Source: a virus (Duplodnaviria; Caudoviricetes). From it: 38,728 bases of DNA. The stretch spans positions 1-38,728 of IMG/VR virus record IMGVR_UViG_3300033129_000671. One strand, written 5' to 3'. Positions 32,913 through 38,728 of the stretch are shown here, one piece after another. Position 1 is the stretch's first letter, and each line of letters begins with the position of its first letter. The notes below the pieces were generated by a model. It was not told the DNA's origin. It was given only the letters and a program-made list of their open reading frames with translations, and made no database searches. The position numbers and the translations under genes were made by a program.

Positions 32913-34277
32913 ATGATTCTAGAACTTTCCAACGACATTGACCACTCAACAGGTCCACCATCAATTAAGCTTGACCCGTCCCAGCAAGAAGCAGTCAACA
33001 CCATGCTTCAAGGCCGAAACGTGTTTCTTACAGGCAACGCCGGCACTGGCAAGAGCACTGTCATTACTCAATTTATTGCTGGAGGTGCACGCAAGACCGA
33101 CTTGACTGCCACAACTGGGATCGCCGCGCTTAACCTGCGCGACCAGATCCAAGAAAAGTGCAATTTATCGGTCAACGCCAACACCATTTACAGATGGTCA
33201 GGCATTGGCCTTGGGCCATTGCCTCACGAAACTGACGAATCGTGCTTTGACCGTTTGTGCGCTGAAATGAAGAAGCCTCCATTCAGCATCACAAGGACCG
33301 GCGCATGGAAAAGGGTTTGTAGCGCAGAATGCCTAATCATCGACGAGATCAGCATGTTGCCGGGCAGGACGTTTCAGTTCTTGGAATGGTTGTGCCGGCA
33401 AGTACGCGAGGATACTAGCCCATGGGGAGGATTACAGGTCATTTGCGTCGGTGACTTCCTGCAATTGCCGCCTGTGTCCAAAACAGGCAAGTATGACTGG
33501 GCGTTCCAAAACTCGGCATGGCAGCGATCCAACTTCAAGCACGTCGTTCTCCAGCGCATTCACCGGCAGGATGATGACGTGTTTAAAGATCTGCTTAACA
33601 ATGTGCGGGAAGGCAGGATCGAGCCAAAACATTCAGCTATTCTTGCCAAGCGCGTTGCACTTTTTCCTCGTGCTGACCTGCTGCGCCTGTTTACCCACAA
33701 CACGCAAGTGGACCGGTACAACAACATGATGTTGGAGGGGCTGGAAACTTCGCAGTCCACATTTACGATGGCGTCATCTGGGCACTCTGGATGTGATTGG
33801 ATGATCAAGAACATGCTCACACCGCAAGTGCTAAAAATCAAAGTCGGCGCGCGGGTCATGGTCACAGCCAACCTAAGTATTCCCGGCAGCAACGGAGCAC
33901 TTAAAGCGGTCAATGGCAGCTTGGGCACCGTGGTTGGGATTAACCAAGGACGGCCAAGTGTGCTGTTAAAGCTCGACTGCGGAAGGCAGGTTGAGATTGA
34001 CCCATACGTCTGGCACGTAGACCCAAGCGACAAAACCAAAGGCAGCGTTGAGCAGTTGCCTCTAAAGCTGGCATGGGCAGCCACCATCCACAAGAGCCAA
34101 GGACTCAGCCTTGACTCCGCCCTCATCGACGTGCGCGCTACTCGCGAGCCCGGACAAACCTACGTCGCACTCAGCCGGGTGCGCACCCTGTCAGGATTAT
34201 ACCTAAAAGATGTTTTCAAGGGCGTCTGGGTATCAAAAGAAGCCATTGAATTCACAAACCGCATTACTCAGTCATGA
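32913..34277 (+). CDS. Pif1/RecD-like superfamily 1B helicase
   Basis: GNAGTGKS, IIDEISML, GDFLQLPPV, AWAATIHKSQG, GQTYVALSR. Confidence 0.93.
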   Translation: MILELSNDIDHSTGPPSIKLDPSQQEAVNTMLQGRNVFLTGNAGTGKSTVITQFIAGGARKTDLTATTGIAALNLRDQIQEKCNLSVNANTIYRWSGIGLGPLPHETDESCFDRLCAEMKKPPFSITRTGAWKRVCSAECLIIDEISMLPGRTFQFLEWLCRQVREDTSPWGGLQVICVGDFLQLPPVSKTGKYDWAFQNSAWQRSNFKHVVLQRIHRQDDDVFKDLLNNVREGRIEPKHSAILAKRVALFPRADLLRLFTHNTQVDRYNNMMLEGLETSQSTFTMASSGHSGCDWMIKNMLTPQVLKIKVGARVMVTANLSIPGSNGALKAVNGSLGTVVGINQGRPSVLLKLDCGRQVEIDPYVWHVDPSDKTKGSVEQLPLKLAWAATIHKSQGLSLDSALIDVRATREPGQTYVALSRVRTLSGLYLKDVFKGVWVSKEAIEFTNRITQS

Positions 34278-36793
34278 CTCTTAAAGACAACATCACACTA
34301 GAAGAAGCCGAAGTAGCCGGCACAGCCGAAGCTCAAATATCTTGGTTTCCTGACGCAACATCCGTCACACCCATCCATATCGGATCGCTTAACAAGTTCA
34401 TCACACAGTGCAAGTCCGGTACGTATCAAGATCTTGTTATTAAGATCCGCCAATACGCCGCAGCAGCCGACACGGCAAAGATGGGGCTACTTAAACGAAA
34501 ACTGCCAGCCGTCACGCTCTCGTGCAGTATGGTCAGCCGCTCCAAGAATGCCCCTGTACGGACACGCACTCACAGCGGGTGGTTGCAGTGCGACTTCGAC
34601 GGCAAAGAGAATCTAGGACTAGTACAGAGCGACATACGGGCACGCCTACAGGCTGACCCACATATCGGAGCCGTATTTGTCGGGCCATCCGGCGTCGGTA
34701 TCAAATGCGCCCTCCGCATCGACGGCAGCCAGCACCTTGCCAGCTTTGCCACAGCCAAAGAATATTTCCGCGAGGAATACGGTTTGACCATCGACAAAGC
34801 CTGCAAGGACGTGGAACGCCTGTGCTTTGTCAGCTACGATCCAGACGCATGGTGCAGGCAAGAGGAAACCCAAGTTTTGCAAGTGACAGCCGTAGCAGAA
34901 AAGGAGGTCATTCGGCCAGTAAAGCAGACAAGAGAAATCACGCCTTTCGAGGAAGACCAGCACGACATGAGCATCGAGGACGTGCGTGAAATCCTGAAGT
35001 GGTTGCCCAAGCGCCCTGACTACGACACATGGCTTCGGATCGCATCCGGCGTGTTCAGCGTGCTGCCGCTTGCCGCCGGCGTGATGGTCCTAAACGAATG
35101 GGCACCAGAAGAGAATCCGGGCGAGTACGAGCGCAAGCACCGCAACCGGCTTAAAAACGTGACCATCCGCACGGTCATTCATTACGCGCAACAACACGGC
35201 TTTGATGCCGGCGCTGCCTCTAGGCGCAAAACATGGCTGGGGCGCATCATCTTCGGCAAGGACAATGGAGATGCCGCACACACAGACCTGCTGGAAAAAG
35301 ATCAAGAAGCACCAGAGTTGAGCGAATCCGATAAAGAGATCATCGGCGAGTCCGATGAGCTGGACATTGAAACGATTGCAAAATATTACTCAGAGGAACA
35401 AGTGGGCGATTCAAAACTGTTTCGGCTCACATCCAGCAAAGACTTTTCCTACGACCCACTCTCCCAGATGTGGCGAAAATACAACGCCACCACCGGGCTC
35501 TGGACCAAGGACACAATCGGCAGCAGCATCCATAACATGTCCGCGCAGGTCATCACGGCGTACCACACGCTTATTGCCCACGTTGACGCAGAATCAAAGG
35601 CAGCCAAGAACAAGGAGGTCACCAAGAACAACGCCGCTCACATCCAGCAGATCAAGCAACGGTGCGGCAGTCTGCAAAAGCTGCCATACATGACCAACGT
35701 GCTGACGCTTGCACAGCGGTTTGACGCGATGAGCCGCAACGCCACCGAGTATGACAAGCACAGGCATTTGCTGGGCTTGGCGAATGGGTTGTGCGTGGAT
35801 TTTGCCAAAAAGATCGTAAGGCCCACGGAGAGGAAGGATCTGATCAGCGTAGCCAGTCCTGTCGTTTACGATACCAACGCGACCTGCCCAGAGTTTGATT
35901 CTTTCCTGCACCGCGCCTTTGGCGGCGATCCAGACATGATCGACTACTGGTGGAGAATTGTCGGCTACAGTATGACCGGCTTCGTCGATCACGATGCGCT
36001 CTTTTTCTGTTACGGCCTCGGAGCAAACGGCAAGAGTACCGGCCTGATGGTGCTTCGCTTTCTGCTGGGCGATCAACTCAGCACCATGGTGGACGTAAAC
36101 ACCCTGCTGGGCACTAATGGCAGCGACGCCAGCCTCGACTACAAAAAGAGTATGTTGGAAGGCAAGCGCCTCATCATCACCGATGAGCTGCCCGACAATA
36201 AAAAGATCAATGAGAGCATGGTCAAAGGCTTGCTGGGTGGAGAGGATATTGTAGCGCGCCGTCCATACGAAAAGCCATACACATTCAGCCCAACGCACAA
36301 GATCTGGATGGTAGGCAACCACAAGCCAAAGATTTCTGGCGTCGATCACGGCATCTGGCGACGCATCCACCTTATCCCATGGGAAGTGACCATCCCAGCA
36401 AACGAGCGCAAACCGCGCTCGCAGATGTGGGCCACCTTTAAAGCGGAGTTGCCCGGCATCCTCAACCACGCAATCGACGGCTACCTAGACTTTGAAGAAC
36501 GCGGCGGCCTGTGCCCACCAGCCATGGTCAAAGCCGCAACCGAGGAATACCGCCTTGAAGAAGACAGCCTGCAACAATTCGTCGCAGAACGCATCGTGCC
36601 GCAACCGGGCGCGCACTTCGCCATGCGCGATCTGTTCAGCGAGTACAAAGCATGGTGCGCAACATCCGGCGAGACGTGCGTGGTCGATACCTGCAACAAG
36701 TTCACGCGAACACTCAAGCAGCCGCCTTATAGCATGAATATTGGCTATGATTCCTACAAGGTAAACGTCCTCCACGATCACATCATCCGATAG
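34274..36793 (+). CDS. Primase-helicase: BT4734/VirE-N-like AEP domain + PriCT-2 + D5/P4-type SF3 helicase
   Basis: KRKLPAVT..HSGWLQCDFD..PSGVGIK..DKACKDVERLCFVSYDP; YDTWLRI; GLGANGKST, ITDE, GNHKP, GIWRR. Confidence 0.9.
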   Translation: MTLKDNITLEEAEVAGTAEAQISWFPDATSVTPIHIGSLNKFITQCKSGTYQDLVIKIRQYAAAADTAKMGLLKRKLPAVTLSCSMVSRSKNAPVRTRTHSGWLQCDFDGKENLGLVQSDIRARLQADPHIGAVFVGPSGVGIKCALRIDGSQHLASFATAKEYFREEYGLTIDKACKDVERLCFVSYDPDAWCRQEETQVLQVTAVAEKEVIRPVKQTREITPFEEDQHDMSIEDVREILKWLPKRPDYDTWLRIASGVFSVLPLAAGVMVLNEWAPEENPGEYERKHRNRLKNVTIRTVIHYAQQHGFDAGAASRRKTWLGRIIFGKDNGDAAHTDLLEKDQEAPELSESDKEIIGESDELDIETIAKYYSEEQVGDSKLFRLTSSKDFSYDPLSQMWRKYNATTGLWTKDTIGSSIHNMSAQVITAYHTLIAHVDAESKAAKNKEVTKNNAAHIQQIKQRCGSLQKLPYMTNVLTLAQRFDAMSRNATEYDKHRHLLGLANGLCVDFAKKIVRPTERKDLISVASPVVYDTNATCPEFDSFLHRAFGGDPDMIDYWWRIVGYSMTGFVDHDALFFCYGLGANGKSTGLMVLRFLLGDQLSTMVDVNTLLGTNGSDASLDYKKSMLEGKRLIITDELPDNKKINESMVKGLLGGEDIVARRPYEKPYTFSPTHKIWMVGNHKPKISGVDHGIWRRIHLIPWEVTIPANERKPRSQMWATFKAELPGILNHAIDGYLDFEERGGLCPPAMVKAATEEYRLEEDSLQQFVAERIVPQPGAHFAMRDLFSEYKAWCATSGETCVVDTCNKFTRTLKQPPYSMNIGYDSYKVNVLHDHIIR

Positions 36794-36795
36794 CA

Positions 36796-36975
36796 ATCCC
36801 GGTAAATCCCGGTAAACCGGTAAATCGCACCCCATTTTAGCAACCTTTCTCTATAGAGCTAAAGACAACTTCCCCTTTTTTAGAAAAGGTTAGAGAAATG
36901 GGGTATCATTTACCGGTTTACCGGGATATTAACTACACTCCTTCTCATTAGAATAAGAAATATAATAATTATATA
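36796..36975. repeat. Large inverted repeat with CCGGTAAA iterons and an adjacent AT-rich tract: probable replication origin
   Basis: 36806-36825 is the exact reverse complement of 36908-36927; inner arms pair imperfectly; lies directly after the primase stop. Confidence 0.75.
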
Positions 36976-37192
36976 ACCATTTGGTTAGAATTGGCCACTT
37001 TTAGGCCATTTTGCCATTTTTGCCTCTTCCGGAAAATGCCATTTCTACACGAGAGCGCCGCGATTTTCCGGACTCCTACACTTCCAGAACGCGACCACTT
37101 CGTGGTGCTGAGTCTACCGCATCCCAGCGCGCGAAGGCGAAAAAACCACGACGACGAGAGCGACAAACACAAATTATAAGAACCACAAGACA

Positions 37193-37627
37193 ATGATCAA
37201 AAGCAAGCCAGAAACCGCGCAGGACGCACTGAAAGAGAAACGCAGGCAGCAGTCAGCCAAGCGCATACAGGCGCTTCTACAGGCCGCAGAAGACAAGCAG
37301 GCGGCTAAGACGATTAAGAAGACGAAGGAAGACCAGCAAGCGCCAGCAATGGCCAGCGCGCTGCAAGAACTCACAGTGCAGGATCAAACGCGGGGCTTCT
37401 TATGCAAAAAGCAGCTCGTGCTGCAAGCCAAAGACAAGCACCCATCACAAGGATCTCGCAAGACGTGGCGAGACCTTGGGCCTAAACAATACGGCTATAA
37501 AATCAAGACCGGAATAGAACTTGTCATGTGGGCGCGAGTGCATGGAGACAGGCATCATTATCACCGCTTGATCGAGCGCACAGAAATTGTTTTAGTGGCC
37601 CAGCGCGAGCTGCAAAAAAGGGCGTAA
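37193..37627 (+). CDS. Hypothetical basic protein (144 aa)
   Basis: Lys/Gln/Ala-rich ORF ending at the convergent terminator. Confidence 0.6.
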   Translation: MIKSKPETAQDALKEKRRQQSAKRIQALLQAAEDKQAAKTIKKTKEDQQAPAMASALQELTVQDQTRGFLCKKQLVLQAKDKHPSQGSRKTWRDLGPKQYGYKIKTGIELVMWARVHGDRHHYHRLIERTEIVLVAQRELQKRA

Positions 37628-37660
37628 AAAAACCCCACTGGCCTGAAAAGACCAGCGGGG
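37626..37660 (-). terminator. Intrinsic terminator for the leftward unit
   Basis: Minus strand CCCCGCTGGTC-TTTTCA-GGCCAGTGGGG-TTTTTTT. Confidence 0.8.
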
Positions 37661-37699
37661 CTCCCCTTTTACTAAACGACTAGCCCATTTTCCAGATGG

Positions 37700-37960
37700 C
37701 TACGGAAAAAGAGCACCGTCTGGCTCGGTGTCAAGAGCGATGCGCGGCAGAAGCTCAGAATCTTCGGTCTGGCGCTGCACTGGGCGGGCAGGCCGGTCTG
37801 GCGGTGGAGCGATGAAGATCGGGGTGTCCGATGCTGGTGTGTCGTAGGGGTGAAGAAACACAGTTGGATTGCGCTCGGTGAGCCGGGCCTCAAGCGACAC
37901 GATCCATGTGATGCTGCTGGCTTGGGAGACGAGGAGGGTGATGAGGATGATGTTTTTCAT
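37700..37960 (-). CDS. Small putatively exported protein
   Basis: MKNIILITLLVSQASS signal-peptide-like start; CA-rich leader. Confidence 0.55.
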   Translation of the reverse strand: MKNIILITLLVSQASSITWIVSLEARLTERNPTVFLHPYDTPASDTPIFIAPPPDRPARPVQRQTEDSELLPRIALDTEPDGALFP

Positions 37961-38017
37961 ATTGGGGTGGTGGTGAATGTTGGGTGATTAAAGGGATGGA
38001 ATGGGAGGGGTGCGCTG

Positions 38018-38239
38018 TTAATAAATCCCAGCGGCCATTTGTTCTCTGTATTTTAAGGCGTCTTCAATGTGTTCGTTTATGATCTGCTCGGCGTATTTTT
38101 CTTGTCCTTTTATGAGCTTCAAAGTGTATTCCATGTGAAACTGGGCTGCGATTTCTGGGTGCATGTCGCCTTGAATTTTGTAGTTCACTGTTCTGATTTG
38201 GAAAAGGGTGGCGAGCTTAGAGATGATCAGGTTGTTCAT
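38018..38239 (-). CDS. Hypothetical protein (73 aa)
   Basis: Has its own promoter and a CA-rich leader. Confidence 0.65.
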   Translation of the reverse strand: MNNLIISKLATLFQIRTVNYKIQGDMHPEIAAQFHMEYTLKLIKGQEKYAEQIINEHIEDALKYREQMAAGIY

Positions 38240-38284
38240 ATTGGGTTAATTGGTTGTGCGAGCCGTGATTGGCTGCGTGTGGTC

Positions 38285-38312
38285 ACTATACTCTATTAGG
38301 GGATAGCGTCAA
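38285..38312 (-). promoter_or_regulatory. Sigma70-type promoter TTGACG-N16-TATAGT
   Basis: Near consensus; similar to the 38540-38567 promoter. Confidence 0.75.
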
Positions 38313-38320
38313 CACATGAT

Positions 38321-38530
38321 TTAATCTTTTTCACATTTTTTTTTGAGTGCATCAATGAGCAGTAGCTGCACCCACAACGGTGGCTCGCTGACCTGCTGCT
38401 CGTACTTCTGGAGCATCCTCAACGGCATCTCAGGTATGAGGCGGGCACACTGGGACTGGCTGAGTCCATACTTGCGACGGATAGCGATGAGCTTGTCTGC
38501 TAGTGGCTGGGCGGTGGGTGTGGTGGTCAT
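38321..38530 (-). CDS. XRE-family HTH protein
   Basis: IRRKYGLSQSQCARLIPEMPLRMLQKYEQQVSEPP. Confidence 0.8.
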   Translation of the reverse strand: MTTTPTAQPLADKLIAIRRKYGLSQSQCARLIPEMPLRMLQKYEQQVSEPPLWVQLLLIDALKKKCEKD

Positions 38531-38539
38531 GAGGTGGTG

Positions 38540-38567
38540 ACTGTATCCTGATGGGGGATAGGGTCAA
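38540..38567 (-). promoter_or_regulatory. Sigma70-type promoter TTGACC-N16-TACAGT containing a TATCC-N7-GGATA palindrome
   Basis: -10 element ends 9 nt upstream of the HTH ATG. Confidence 0.7.
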
Positions 38568-38728
38568 GAAATACATTAGTAGTGTTCAAGTGAATTAACT
38601 ATTTACTGTTTTAACGTAAAAAGCCATCGTATGCTGTTCATTTGTTTTTACGGTTAAGGCATAAAATCTTTTCTAAGTGGTTGATGCCACCCCACTTAAC
38701 TAATATCTTACGTTTTTAGTGTCAGGCA

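Larger units (their letters stand above)
1..38728 (+). mobile_element. Tailed dsDNA bacteriophage genome (siphovirus-like), apparently near complete; no integrase seen
   Basis: Contiguous packaging, head, tail, lysis, fibre and replication modules; dense ATGA/TAATG gene overlaps; no host housekeeping genes. Confidence 0.95.

Noticed and set aside
35594-36469. 291-aa minus-strand ORF inside the primase-helicase
   Set aside because: Antisense shadow of a well-supported gene; no independent features
1-38728. Alternative genetic code or stop-codon reassignment
   Set aside because: Core genes are full length in the standard bacterial code, and TAA, TAG and TGA all occur as stops at coupled gene junctions

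Overview
The window looks like an essentially complete ~38.7 kb tailed dsDNA phage genome with siphovirus-type organisation. No integrase is visible, and almost all genes are on the + strand. The order is: a small left-end block (sigma-region-4-like HTH protein, RuvC-like resolvase, DUF3102-like protein); a lambda-type packaging and head module (TerS, GpA-type TerL, gpW-like protein, lambda-type portal, protease/scaffold, major capsid, cement); neck and tail genes with a -1 frameshifted tail chaperone and a short tape measure; three tandem glycine-rich paralogues; a lysis cassette ending in an M15 endolysin; fibre genes; and an early region (RHH and HTH regulators, SF2 helicase, ThyA, SSB-like protein, stand-alone 3'-5' exonuclease, Pif1-like helicase, AEP-PriCT2-D5 primase-helicase) followed by a large inverted repeat that is a probable origin. 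The most striking signals are these. (1) A fixed TTGACA-N14-ATG element precedes six structural-gene starts, one of them an in-frame internal start that defines a nested scaffold protein. This is a candidate novel leaderless late-promoter system, possibly read by the phage sigma-4-like protein. (2) A 64-nt tRNA-like element lacking a normal D-arm sits in front of the lysis genes. (3) A triplet of polyglycine-rich tail-tip paralogues occupies the place of a large hub or central-fibre gene. (4) An exact 25-bp repeat brackets an AT-rich cassette in a fibre gene. All protein family calls come from motif recognition by eye. No database search was run, and the host cannot be determined from the sequence alone.
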